Shown here: positions 38,135 to 50,974 of the stretch, one piece after another | Numbering within the stretch: position 1 is the stretch's first letter | Layout: the number at the start of each line of letters is the position of its first letter | Source: Malacoraja senta | Taxonomy: Eukaryota | Direction of reading: 5' to 3' | Assembly (NCBI GenBank): GCA_038087875.1 | Contig: JAXLNO010000073.1 | Coordinates: 62,001-126,000 of the forward strand | DNA length: 64,000 bases | The notes under the pieces: model-generated | The model's database searches: none | The model's input: only the letters and a program-made list of their open reading frames with translations | What the model was told of the DNA's origin: nothing | Position numbers and translations under genes: made by a program

Positions 38135-38900
38135 GTAAGAGCATTGATAGCAAAAACAGGAAGGCATATTATTATCTAAATGGTGTCAAGTTGGGAAAAG
38201 GGGAAGTAAAACGGGATCTGGGGGTCCATGTTCCTCAGTCAATGAAAGTAAGCATGCAGGTACATCAGGCAGTGAAGAAAGCGACTGGCAAGTTGGCCTT
38301 TATAAGAAGTGTAGTTGAGTATAGGAGCAAAGGAGTAGCTGATCAGTTGTACATGGACATGGGGAGACCACACCTGGAGTGTTGTGTGCAGTTTGGTCCC
38401 CTAATTTGAGGAAGGACATTCTTGCTATAGTGCAGCGTAGGTTAATTCCCGGGATGGCGGGATTGTCATATACTGAGAGAATGGAGCGGCTGGCCTTGTA
38501 TAATCTGGAATTTAGTAGGGTGAGAGGGTATCATATTGAAACATATAAGATTATTAAGGGTTTGGACACGCTAGGGACAGGAAACATATTCCCGATGTTG
38601 GGGAGTCCAGAACCAGGGGCCACAGTTTAAAATTAAGGGATAAGGCATTTAGAACGGAGATGAGGAAACACTTTTTCACACAGAGAGTTGTGAGTGTGGA
38701 ATTCTATGCCTCTGTGGGGGCCGGTTCTCAGGAAACTTTCAAGAGAGAGTTACATAGGGCTCTTAAAGATAGCAGAGTCAGGGGATATGGGGAGAAGGTA
38801 GGATAGGGGTACTGATTGTGGATGATCAGCCATGATCACATTGAATGGCGGTGTTGGCCTGAAGGGCCGAATGGCCTACTCCTGCACCTATTGTCTATTG
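38135..38900 (+). mobile_element. CR1 3' fragment within pseudogene C
   Basis: 'YYLNGVKLGKGEVKRDLGV...RPHLECCVQF'. Confidence 0.85.
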
Positions 38901-39804
38901 AGTGGCGAAATGATCACAGATGGCACCGACCGACGGACGGCGACGGACATGTGGAAGTGCGGATGCTGTTGTCAGGGGAAGGAACAAAGGAGGACCAGGC
39001 ATGTGGGGACCGCCGTAAAGGAGGGTGAAGAGGAAGCGGAACCCAGCGTGGGTGGACCGCCGTGAGGGAGTGGGTAGAGCAATGGGGACCCGGCGTGGCG
39101 GGACCGCAGTGAGGAGGTGGGGGTGGACAAAGGAGAACATGCCACGGGGGTAATTTACAACGTTGTAAGCGCCATTTATGGGCGACTATTTGCATACCTT
39201 CGGTATCGAAGCAAAAGATTTCACTGTGAGTTGGCACACGGGACAATAAACCATTTAATTCAATTCAACACATCGAAGTATGGAAATGCTTGCTAGAATG
39301 GTGAGGTATATGAGACTGGTCTTATTCGGCTGTAGCAATGGAAGTCGTTGATTCTATACAGTGGCTCCAACATGAAATATATGGGGATGTTATTTAGGTA
39401 GCTCAGAACCAATGACGTGCAGATTTACCCTCCCAAAATCCATTATCTCACACTTGTCCACAGTTGCATTCTCACAGTTATACACTTCCCCACGTTCTAA
39501 GATTTATCTACATCCTTTGTGGCCTCAGACAACCTTTGCCATTGTGCACCGTGCCAACAAACCTGATGTAATCTGCAACGTTGCTGGCCGCACTGGTAGC
39601 ATATTACCCTAATAAAAAAAGAAGAGGTTCATTAGATTAAGCCTGCACAAGGTGGACAAATAATTTAATTCAGTGTGTGTGCGTGTTTTAAACTATCATC
39701 TGTACTACAAAGTTATATTGGTTCATTTGGCTCAAATCAGGTGGGGAGAAAATACAGAATAATCTCAATTGTATGCAATTAATTCATCATGATGTCGCCT
39801 GCGG

Positions 39805-40090
39805 AATCCGTGGGACAGTATTTGGTTTTCAGCTACTGGCAACAAATGGCGACAAAGCGATGGCCGCGGTTATACAGGCGGACGAGTCCGTGGTTGCTGA
39901 TTGCCAGGGGGATAATTGCCAGGAGAGTTCACTCCAATGAATCGATTGAAGAAGACTCCAAAGCGATTGAAGTTGACTCCAAAGATGACGACCAGCTGGG
40001 CCTCCGCCGCCATCGCCACGAGCTAGCAGGTGATGCATTTGGTGAGGTCGCATTTCCCCTGGAATAGAACCGCAATCGCCACGATGTGAT
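39805..40090 (-). pseudogene. GPR139-like pseudogene C, start of exon 2
   Basis: Acceptor ttctccacag, then 'HIVAIAVLFQGKCDLTKCITC*LVAMAA' and 'RFVAICCQ*LKTKYC', with in-frame stops. Confidence 0.85.
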
Positions 40091-40124
40091 CTGTGGAGAA
40101 GGGAAGAAATGGAAGAAAGTGTTT

Positions 40125-40420
40125 GACTTTTAGTTTTAGTGCGGAAACAGGCGCCTGCTCGGCTCACCGAGTCGCGCCGACCATCGCGCGTTAACACGCA
40201 TTAGGGACAATTTGCATTTATACCAAGTCAATTAACCTACAAACCTGTACGTGTTCGGAGTGTGGAATGAAACCGGAGCACACGGATAAAACCCACGCAG
40301 GTCATGGTGAGAACGTACAAACTCCGAACAGACGGCACCCGTATCCGGGATCGAACCTGCGTCTCTGGCGCTGTAAGCGCAGTAAGGCAGCACCACCACC
40401 ACTGCGCCACGTTCCCACCC
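40125..40420 (-). mobile_element. V-SINE
   Basis: Reverse copy. A second SINE starts at ~40425, is split by the Helitron and resumes at 42068-42230. Confidence 0.85.
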
Positions 40421-40551
40421 TCATTTTTTAGTTTTTAGATACAGTGCGGAAACAGGCCCTTCGGCCCGCCGAGTCCGTGCCGAACAGCGTTGCCCACACA
40501 TTAATACAATCCTACATACACTTGGGAAAATTTACATTTATAGAAAGTAAA

Positions 40552-42067
40552 CCAGACTAAGTGGGACCCGTTGCGTCCCAGCATCACATGGGAGGGCTGG
40601 TCCTCCAACGCAATATTCCACCTCTCCATCAATTCCAATATTGGTGGCCATTGTGGGGGGGGGCTTTCTGGAGCGCTAGTATGGGTGTTGTAGGTTGATG
40701 GCACTGGTTTCCAGAGGTATAGTATGGACATTGTGGGCCGAATGGAATTTTGGGCTGGCGGCTCAGTCACTCAAGCCTGTTGTGCTGGCAGCTTACTCAC
40801 TCACGGCTGGTGGGCTGGCAGTTGACTCACGGCTCTTCCTTGAAATTCCATTTAAAGCAGGGTGCAAGGCCACCAAATTCAAGTGCAGTTTCTTACGACT
40901 TCAATCAGGATGCAAGGCCACCAAATTCAAGTGCAGTTTCATACCATTTCAAGCATGGTGCAAGGCCACTAAAGACAGCGAGTCGTGACATCTCCGTCCA
41001 CTTGCAGAGACTAGCCACGCCCACACTTCTGGGTTTTATAGTCGCCCCCCCCCTCCCACCAGAAGGGGCGTGGCCTTCATGGCGTGATTGACAGGAGATA
41101 GAATCTGAACATTTTCTAAACACTAATAACTCTATTTTTCTTCGATGGGAAAAATCCTCGGCACCTGATGAGTGGAGGGGGAGTCTGAGTAAGATGGCCA
41201 AAAATCACAGCCGTTTTTTCCTAAAATCAATATAAAGCGCAAACATGAAGAGGTCAAGATTAGACTTTTAATTATATAGAAGGCAAGGCAACTTTAATTA
41301 TGCCGAGGCAACTTTAATTCGGTAAGGCAACTTTAATTAGGCAACGCAGCATTAATTAGGCAACGCAGCTTTAATTAGGCAACACAGCTTTAGCATTTCC
41401 AAACCTAAGGAAACACAGCTTTAGCATTTCCAGACCAAAGGCAACACAGATTTAGCATTTCCAAACCAAAGGCAACACAGCTTTAGCATTTCCAAACCAA
41501 ATGCAACACAGCTTTAGCATTTCCAAACCAAAGGCAACACATCTTTAGCATTTCCAAACCAAAGGCAACACAGCTTTAGCATTTCCAAACCAAAGTCAAC
41601 ACAGCTTTAGCATTTCCAAACCAAAGGCAACACAGCTTTAGCATTTCAAAACCAAAGGCAACACAGCTTTAGCATTTCCATACTATATTTTCAAACCACA
41701 TTAAGGGCACTGACAGGTCAGTAAAACCACTCACAGTTTAGTAGACATGTGTTCAGTGTTATTAACAGCTGAGAGACGTGACCCTCTCGCTTCCCCCATC
41801 TTGCAGAGACTGACTGACGCACTCAACACTTCCGGGTTTTATAGTCCCTCCGGAAGGGGCGTGGCCTTCGGGAGAGAGAATATCATTTTTTTAAACACTA
41901 ATAACTCTTTTATTTTTCATCGATGGGAAAGACCCTCTTGTCCTGCGCAGCGGAGGGGCACTCTGAATAAGATGGCCAAAAATCACAGCCATAAGTAGCA
42001 GCGTTTTTTCTAAATCAATTAACAGAACAACAGGAAGTGGTCATGATCAGACTTTTAGTAATATAGA
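40552..42067 (-). mobile_element. Non-autonomous Helitron
   Basis: On the minus strand it starts TCTATATTACT and ends with hairpin GGGACgCAACGGGTCCC followed by ACTTAGTCTGG (CTRR). It sits between A and T with no TSD, inside a V-SINE. Confidence 0.87.
41378..41680. repeat. 31 bp minisatellite inside the Helitron
   Basis: About 9-10 copies of ccaaaggcaacacagctttagcatttccaaa, preceded by ~20 bp ggcaac..tttaatta repeats. Confidence 0.92.
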
Positions 42068-42784
42068 TTACCCTGCAAACCTGTACGTGTTTGAAGTGTA
42101 GGAGGAAACGGAAGATCTCGGAGACAATCCACGCAAGGCATGGGAAGAACGTACAAACTCCGTGCAGACAGCACTCGCGGTCGGGATCGGGCCCGGATCT
42201 CTGACGCTGTAAGGTAGCAACTTTACCGCCCTTTGTATTACAGTCTGTGTTTTATTATGTTGCGGTAAACGTGGGCGGCAGCGGGTAGAGTTGCTGCCTC
42301 ACAGCGCCAGATAACCAGGTTCGATCCTGACTACAGGTCTGTACGGAGGTTACACGTTCTCCCCGTGACGAGCTGGGGTTTTCTCCTGGTGCTCCGGTTT
42401 CCCCCCATACTCCAAAGACTTATAATTTTACAAGTGGACAGCTGTAGAATATCAAACGTGCATCGTTTTTAGCTTGCACGAAGTCCTCCAGGACGATTGC
42501 ATTAAAACGAAGGTAAATCAAAATTAGGCGCAATGCCTGAAATACAGATAGTGTTTAGTGTCGTCAGGTAAATGGAAGAATGCACTATGGAATGAGAGAT
42601 TCAGCCATGTTGAAATATTTCTTAATTGTTCTCAACATGATGTACACCAAAGTTATGGTTATATAAGCAGTCCATTAATCATATTAGCGTGCTTATGAAG
42701 GTGAAATGCAGCATATCAAGCCCGTGTGTCTTTGAATCAAAGCTAAATCTGTTAGGTAAAAGGTAAACGCTTCTTTCAAAATCA

Positions 42785-43075
42785 GAGCCCCAGGTTCGAT
42801 CCCGACTACGGCTCCTGTCTGTACGGAGTTTGTACGTTCACCCTGTGGCCTGCGTGTGTTTTCTCCGCTTTCCTCCCCCACTCCAAAGACGTACAGGTTT
42901 GTAGGTTTCTTGGCTTGGAATAATTGTAATTGTAAATTGTTCTTAGTGTGTGTAGGATAGTGTTAATGTGCGGGGATCGCTGGTCGGCGCGGACTCGGTG
43001 GACCGGTGGGCCTGTTTCCGCGCTATATCTCTAAACTAAACTAAACTGAACTAAACTAAACTAAACAAAACTAAA
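42785..43075 (+). mobile_element. V-SINE
   Basis: GGTTCGATCC, V domain and (ctaaa)n tail. A partial copy also lies at ~42275-42420. Confidence 0.85.
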
Positions 43076-44204
43076 TAAACGAAAGCACTAATCGCTGAGC
43101 AATATGGCATTTTAAGAAAATATCTAGGGTATACATTTTATCTTCAGAACAATGTTCCTCATATGTGGTGGAAAATCTGCAAACATGAAACCAAAACATG
43201 GGCAAATGCAATAAATCAGCCATACTGAAGTGTGTGGGAAGGAACTGCAGATGCTGGTTTACAATGAAGTTAGACACAAAATACTGGAGTAACTCAACGG
43301 GACAGGCAGCATCTCTGGAGAGAAGGAACGGGTGACGTTTCGGGTCGAGATCCTTCTTCGGTCTGAATATGTATATATATTTTGATAAACAGACTGTTTG
43401 TGCAAATGAGTAGTATATTTTTCAGAGAACTCCTGTGAGACACTGTAATGTAATTGGTAATGTTAATTCCACTCATTTTCGCAAATAATCTGGTTTACTT
43501 AATACAAAAAACAAATGGCTGGAGGACATACACGTGTCAGGCAACATCGATGGAGAGAAGATAGAAACAAAATTCGGGATTAACTCAGTGGGACAGGCAG
43601 CAATCTGTAGTGAAGAAATGGACGGCGTTTCGGGTCGAGACCCTTCTTAATGAACAGACGACTGCCATTTCCCTCCACCGATGTTGCCTATCCTGCAGCA
43701 AAGATAGACGCAAAAATGCGGGAGTAGCTCAGCGGGTCAAGCAGCATCACTGGAGAAATGGAATATGTGACGTTCCTGGTCGTGACCCTTCTTTAAACTC
43801 GAAGAAGGGTGTCGACCCGGAAGGTCACCTATTCCTTTTCCGCCGGCATCTGCAGTTCCCTTCTGCATATCTTCATGGAGATATCCACACACTTTGAGTA
43901 AATATGTGGAAGGTTTAACTGACTGGCACCTTTTCAGGCAGCATACTACTAATCCATACCAATTTCTAGGTTCTAGCTCCAACTTGATGCTAATTTGTCC
44001 ATAACCTTGTTTCTTACCTCTCCGTTCAACACATGATAGCATGTCCTCTCTGTACACTGTATCTCAGTTTGCTATGATTTTATACAAGTCGATGTTCCAC
44101 GCTCGCCACGTTCCAGCTCTGTTGCGAACGAACAATTCATCTTCCGATCTGTCTACATAAACTGTAACAGAGGCAGAATTTAGGACATCTGACCAGGATA
44201 TGGA

Positions 44205-44720
44205 TGTGCTCCTTCAACCTCATCTACTGTATCTGTTGTTCGAGGTGGCGGAGACCAAGTTTCGAACCTGCCTATGGGTGCTGTCTGTGCGGAGTTTGTA
44301 CGATCTCCCCTTGACCTGCGTGGGTTTTCACCGAGATCTTCGGTTTCCTGCCACACTCTAAAGAGGTACAAGTCTGTCGGTTAATTCGCTTGCTAAATGT
44401 AACAAATGTCTCTAACGTGCAAGATAGTGTTAATATGCAGGGATCGCTGGTCGGTGCGGACCCGGTGTGCCGATGGGCCTGTTTCCGCGCTGTATTAAAC
44501 TAAACTAAATTAAACTACATGGGCGAGACCAAACGTAGACTGGGCCATCATTTCGCTGAACACTTCCACTCCGGTCGCCCAAACACTTTATTCCCCTTCC
44601 CATTCCCACACTGACCTTTCTGTCCTGGGCCTCATCCACTGTCAGAGTGAAGCCCATCGCAAATTGGAAGAACAGCACCTCATATTTCGCTTAGGCAGCT
44701 TACACCCCAGCGGCTGAAAT
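44205..44720 (+). mobile_element. Penelope GIY-YIG remnant interrupted by a V-SINE (~44250-44515)
   Basis: 'NLIYCICCSR' then SINE, then 'YMGETKRRLGHHFAEH'. Confidence 0.75.
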
Positions 44721-45619
44721 AAATATGGCAAACCGCAAAATACAAGAGGGTGTAGATTGAAGGCGAAAGGGAACAAAGTGTAAAGGATGTGCGGAACGCC
44801 TGAGTGACACAATCGAGTGGTAGATGGCCGGAGGAAGGTAGAGGAAGTCGAGACGATACTGGCAAGTAAGTCTTTTAGAAAGGCACATGGATTACGTTGG
44901 GCTCAGATGGATATTGATACAATGCCAGAAGAAGGCATATGTTTGATTTGGCTAAAACATACACCTCTATTTTGAGCCGAACATATTTTAGACTCTCAAA
45001 TGATCATTGTGCGAAATACCTTGCTGAAGCAGTCTTGCTCCATTCACACCGAACACGATGAAGGATTTCGTGTCAACGCCACTGCCTACTGCAGTGAATT
45101 CCGGTTTTCCCCTTCGGCGTGGGCAGGGTAAAATTATTCCAAATTTCCCCATGCCTTTGCATTTCCTGCAGGCTTCCGCTGTTTGTAAAGGCCCAGGGAC
45201 CTGTCGTGAATGTCGCGCCACACACGATATTCAGAGTTCCGCTACAGCAAATGATTACCGTCAATCAGGCTCAGAACACAGACTAGACTATGAATTCGAA
45301 AACATTGGTTGCACTCAGGAGTTCGTATTTAGATTTGTATGAATTCAATGATCGTTGTTGGATATTATGTTATCTGTGAGCAGCGTTGCAAATATGCATA
45401 TAACAATTAAACACGGACAGGTCCTTGTAAGACCTCTTGCTCGCTTTTTAAAAAGCTCAGATAGATTTATGAGAATTATTTCACACATGCATAGTCATTC
45501 TGACTACCCTAAATCGTTGCTTGCCTATCCCATATACTTGATGATCGGGTCGTTCAGAGTGCATTGCAATAACTGCCAGGAACCCAAATTCAATGCTAGC
45601 ATTTATATCAAGAGGATTT

Positions 45620-46900
45620 GAATAAAAACATGTAATGGGATGTAATGCCGAGCCTCTATAAGGCGCTGGTCAGGCCGAATTTGGACTACCAAGAGCACAT
45701 TTAGGCCCCAAGTCGAAGGAAGGATGTGCTGGCTCTGGAGAGGGTCCAGAGGATGTTTACAATAATGATTCCAGGAGTGAGTGGATTAGCCTATGATGAG
45801 TGTTTGACAGCACAGATCCTCCACTCGTTGGACTTTAGAAGGTCGAGGGGGAGGGGGTGCACAATGAAAGTTACAGAATAATGAAAGGCATAGATAGAGT
45901 GGATGTGGAAAGGATGTTTCCACTGGCGGGAGAGTCTAGGACCAGGAGTCGTAACCTCAGAATTAAGGGCGCTCTTTTAGAAAGGACTTGAGGAGAAAAG
46001 TTTAGAAGGTAGTTAATCTATGGAACTCTTTGCTAGAGAGGACTGTGGAGGCCAAGTCAGTGGATGTTTTTAAGGCAGAGTTAGACAAGATATTGATTCG
46101 AACGGGTGTCGCGGTTTATGGGGAAAAAGGCAGGTAAATGGGATTGGGGGCAGAGAACAGCCATCATTGAATGGTGGAGTAGACTCAATAGACCAACAGG
46201 CCTAATTCCACTACAATGACTTGCGAACTTGTGAATTCTCCACCACTGATGTCAAGACCCAGTCGCTTTCACGTGGCTAAAGATGATGCAAATATACCCG
46301 ACAAGCCCCAAGCACTTTTTTCCTTGTATTCCCAAATGGCCGTCGTCAGAGCCCGCTTGATCCATCAACGTTATAAGCCTCAAACACTGCGGCCTAACCA
46401 ATGTTGTGTGCATTTGCAACATGGCGTCCCAATTTTATCACAGGAATAAGTTGGTTTGCCTGCGATGAGCGTTTCTCGGCACTGGGCCTGTACTCGCTGG
46501 AGTTTAGAAGAATGAAGGGGGAGCTCATTGAAACATACAGAACAGTCAAAGGCTTCGAAAGAGTGGATGTGGAGAGGATTTTTCCACTAGTGGTAGAGGC
46601 TAGGACTAGAGGTCATGCCTCAGAAGTAAAGGACGTTATTTTAGAAAGGAGATGATGAGACATTTCTTTCGTCAGAGGGTGGCGAATCTGTGGAATTATT
46701 TGCCACAAAGGCTGTGATGGCCAAGTCAGTGGATATTTTTGAGGCAGAGATAGATAGATTCTTGATTAGTACATGTGTCAGATGTTATGGGGAGGGGGGC
46801 AGGAATAGGGGGTTAGGAGGGAGAGATAGATCAGCAGTGATTGAATGGCGGACTAGATTTGATGGGCCGAATTGCCTAATTCTACTCCTATCACTTATGA
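45620..46900 (+). mobile_element. Two decayed CR1 3' fragments
   Basis: 'LYKALVRP' remnant and 'GLYSLEFRRMKGELIETY'. Confidence 0.75.
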
Positions 46901-48105
46901 CCTAATTACCTTATCAGTCAAAGCGGATGCTTTCAAGTACACCTCAGGCCTTCTTGATTAGTCAGTCTACCTGTTTCCTCATATTCATAGAAATACATAC
47001 TTTTACCTCCAGCTTTCGATAAAACTCCCCATCTAGCTGCCATTCACTACCACATAGCTCCTGGCCCAGTTCACCTTCCCAAAATCCATCATCTGACACT
47101 TGTCCAGAGTTACTGTACAATCTCATAGCCATATCCTTGCCCACGTTCTAAGTTTTATCCACATCCTTTGTGGCCTTAGACAACCTTGCCAATGTCCACC
47201 GTGCCAACAATCCTGGTGTCCTCTGCAAAGTTGTTGGCCACACTGGTAGCGTTAGTATATAAAAAATATGAAGAGGTACATTAGATTAAGCCTGCACAAG
47301 GTGGCCAAACAATTGAATTCAGTAGGTGTTTTTTTAAACTAACATCTGTGCTGCCAAGTTGTTTTAGTTCATTTGGCTCAAATCAGGTCGGGTCAAAAAC
47401 AGAATAATCTCAATTGTATGCAATTAATCCGTTATAATGTGGGGCAGCAGGTTTTTTTTCCGACTGAATTAAAATTCAATAGGTTATGGCAGACTGACTG
47501 TTCCCGATCAATATCACACATTAGATATTCATACCACTGGGCTGCAAGCTGCCCGAGCGAAATGTGAGATGCTGTTCCTCCAGTGGTCTGTGTAGGAATG
47601 GGAAAGAGAATTAAACTATCCGGCAAATTGGAGATCAGGTATGTTCACGCAGGCTGAGAGAAGGTGTTCCTCAATTCAGCTAGATCCGGCATTCCATCTC
47701 ACCATCCCTCCCCCACCCAAGTATCACCAGCTTCTCGTTTTCTCCCTACAAACAGATAACAATGGCCTGTTTACTTTAGCATCGTTACTGTTTTGCATAT
47801 CTTTCATTCATTGTTCTTTATCTCCCCACATCACAGTCTATATCTCTTGTTTCCCTTATCCTTAACCAGTCTCAAGGGTCTCAACCCGAAATGACGCCCG
47901 TTCCTTCTCTCCAGAGGTACTGACTGTCCCTCTGAGTTACTCCAGCCTGTTTGTCTTCGATTTAAACCAGCATCTGCAGTTCCTTCTTACACAACACAAA
48001 TTTGATGGTGTCCCGAATTCACTGGGGAATGAATTCAAGGGTATATCAGGAATGATTCAACCCGCGCACCACGTGTTTCGCAACCAAAGCTGAATCATAG
48101 AGACG

Positions 48106-48175
48106 ATGCATGAACCAATATCCGGCGTGGTGTACGCGGTTTATTATACAATCCTTGCGGTAGTTGGGATCCCAG
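48106..48175 (+). CDS. GPR139-like gene D, exon 1 (exon 2 not found in the window)
   Basis: MHEPISGVVYAVYYTILAVVGIP, then CCAG|GTAAGT. 70 nt, same length and phase as gene B exon 1. Confidence 0.75.
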
Positions 48176-48339
48176 GTAAGTCGTTTTAATTATATGTTAT
48201 ATTTTGAAGCAAGTCGTTTTAATTATATGTTTTATTAGTGGTTCAGTGTCCTCTTTTGACCATTTTGTGCTTTAAGATGGTACAGAAAATGAGAAGTGCA
48301 TGTTCGGACAAATCGGAGAGTGCGTTTGAAGCAGGACGA

Positions 48340-48975
48340 GAGAATGACCTTGTAGAGGTGTATAAAATCATGAGAGGAATAGATCGGGTAGACGCACAGA
48401 AGCTCTTGCCCAGAGTAGGGGAATCGAAGACCAGAGGATATAGGTTTCAGGCGAAGGGAAAACTATTTTAATAGGAATCTGAGGAATACCTTTTTCACAT
48501 AAAGGGTGGTGGGTGTATGGAACGGAGATGAGGTAACACGTTTTCACACAGAAAGTTGTGAATCTGTGGAATTCTCTGCCTCAGAGGCCGGTGGAGGCCG
48601 GTTCTCTGGATGCTTTCAAGAGAGAGCTAGACAGAACTCTTAAAGATAGCGGAGTCATGGGATATGGGGAGAAGGCAGGAACGGGATACTGATTGTGGAT
48701 GATCAGCCATGATCACATTGAATGGCGGTGCTGGCTCGAAGGACCGAATGGCATACTCCTGCACCTATTGTCTATTGAGCTTCCAGAGGAGGTCGTTGCG
48801 GCTGGGACTATCCCAACGTTTAAGAAATAGTTAGACAGGTACTTGCTTAAGACAGGTTTGGAGTGATATGGGCCACACGCGGGCAGGTGGGACTAGTCTA
48901 GCTGGGACATGTTGGCCGGTGTGGGCACGTTTGGCCGAAGGGCCTGATTCCACACTCTAGCACTCCATGACTCTA
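48340..48975 (+). mobile_element. Nested CR1 3' ends
   Basis: 'DLVEVYKIMRGIDRVD'; a second subfamily's 3' end is inserted at ~48520-48780. Confidence 0.8.
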
Positions 48976-49263
48976 CGGGATTCCTCTCGTACAGTACATT
49001 TTAATTGATATTCGCTTTCATGGCCGCGCGGTGAAATAGCGGCAGTGCTACTGCCTACAGCGCCAAAGACCCGTGTTCGATCCTGACTTACGGTGCTGTC
49101 TGCGCGGAGTTTGTACGTTCTCGCGTGACGTAGGTGGGTTTTCCCTGGGTGCTCCGGTAATCTCCAACACTCCAAAGACGTGCAAGTTTGCAGGTTAATT
49201 GGCTTCGGTATAATTGTACATTTTCCCTTGAGTATGCCGGATTGTGTAAAGGCTCTGTCTTAA

Positions 49264-50087
49264 AGGCCTGTCTCACGAGTCTGCGGTCATTGGCGGCGAA
49301 ACGGGAAGAATCTACCGCTCCTGGGCCGCCATAGACCGCGCACTCGTGAGAACGCACAATTCCGGGGCCGCGCGGCGTTGTTCCCAACAACGCACGGTGC
49401 TAAAATAAAACCTACACTGTTCAAAAATATTTTCCTACCGCACAGCCTCCACCAGTGATGCACGAGTGCGGCACGGCCGCCACCACAGCCGCCGCCAGTG
49501 TGGCTCGAGCGCCGTGCGTCGAACTTGCACCGCCACAGCCTCCGCCAGTGAGGCACGTGTGCGGCACGGCCGCAGGCACAGCCACCGCTACAGCGCCGCG
49601 ATCAGGACGGCCGCCGTCACAGCCGCCGCTAGTGAGTCACGTGCTTGCGGTAAGTAATAAAAAGGGCGGGCCGACTGCGATGATGTCGGCCCGCCGCACG
49701 TGACTCACTGGTGGCGACTGTGGCGGCAGCCGCCCTGATCGCGGCGCTGTAGCGGTGGCTGTGCCTGCGGCCGTGCTGCACACGTGCCTCACTGGCGGAG
49801 GCACGTGCCTCATTGGCGGAGGCTGTGGCAGTGGAGGTTTGACGCACGGCGCTAGAGCCACACTGGCGGCGGCCCCTGCGGGCGGCCGTGCCGCACTCGT
49901 GCATCACTGGTAGAGGTTGTGCGGTGAGTATATAGTTTTCGACATTGTCGGTTTTATTTTAGCACCGTGCGGTGTTGGGAACACCGCCGCACGGCCCGGG
50001 AATTGTACGTTCTCACGAGTGCGCGGTCTATGGCGGCAGATTCTTCCCGTTTCGCCGCCAATGACCGCAGACTCGTGAGACAGGCCT
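49264..50087. mobile_element. Palindromic PIF/Harbinger-type MITE
   Basis: Termini AGGCCTGTCTCACGAG / CTCGTGAGACAGGCCT, TAA TSD (49261-49263 and 50088-50090), arms of ~390 bp inverted against each other. Confidence 0.88.
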
Positions 50088-50974
50088 TAAGGGATTGGAC
50101 AGGCAAGATGCAGGAAAAAATATTCCCCGTGTTGGGGGAGTCCTGAACCAGGGGTCACAGTTTAAGAATAAGGGGTTGGCCATTTAGGACTGAGATGAGG
50201 AAAAACGTTTATCACCCAGAGAGTTGTGAATCTGTGGAATTCTCTGCCACAGAAGGCAGTGGAGGCCAATTCACTGGATGTTTTCAATAGAGAGTTAGAT
50301 TTAGCTCTTAGGGCTAAGGGAATCAAGGGATATGGTGAGAAAGCATGAACGGGGAACTGATTCTGGATGAACGGCTATGATCACATTGAATGGCGGTGCT
50401 GGCTCGAAGGGCCGAATGTCCTACTCCGTCACCTATTTTCTACGTTTCTATGCTCCTATAAAGTGGGGCACTCGGCATGGGAGCTGAGCGTATGGGGGAG
50501 AGTACGTCATGGTGACTGGGCCAGTGGAAGATGGTGGAACAAATGTGGTCACATCGCGGTGGGGGTCAGTGAAAAGAGAGGGAGGGTCGGAGGTCGAGAC
50601 CTCTCTCTCCAGTGTCTGCTCAAAATCCCAATATCACAAGTTCACAGATTCACAAGTTATAGGAGTAGAATTAGGCTATTCGGCCCATCGAGTCCACTCC
50701 GCCATTCAATTATGGCTGATCTCTGCCTCCTAATCCCATTCTTCTGCCTTCTCCCCATAACCCTTGACACCCGTACTAATCAAGAATCTATCTATCTCTG
50801 CCTTAAAAATATGCATTGACTTGGCGTCCACAACCCTCTGTGGCAATGGATTCCACAGGTTAACTACCCTACGACCTCCTCACCACCTATCTAAAATAGC
50901 ACCCCTAGCTCCACCAGGACCAGTCCAGGACCAGAGGTCACAGCCTCGGAATTAAAGGATGTTCCTTTAGGACT

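Noticed and set aside
41378..41680. 31 bp repeat array as a CRISPR
   Set aside because: The units are head-to-tail with no unique spacers, there are no cas genes, and the context is a eukaryotic Helitron.
40100..47900. Exon 1 of pseudogene C
   Set aside because: No convincing minus-strand YYP..L...G.P|GT exon found by eye.
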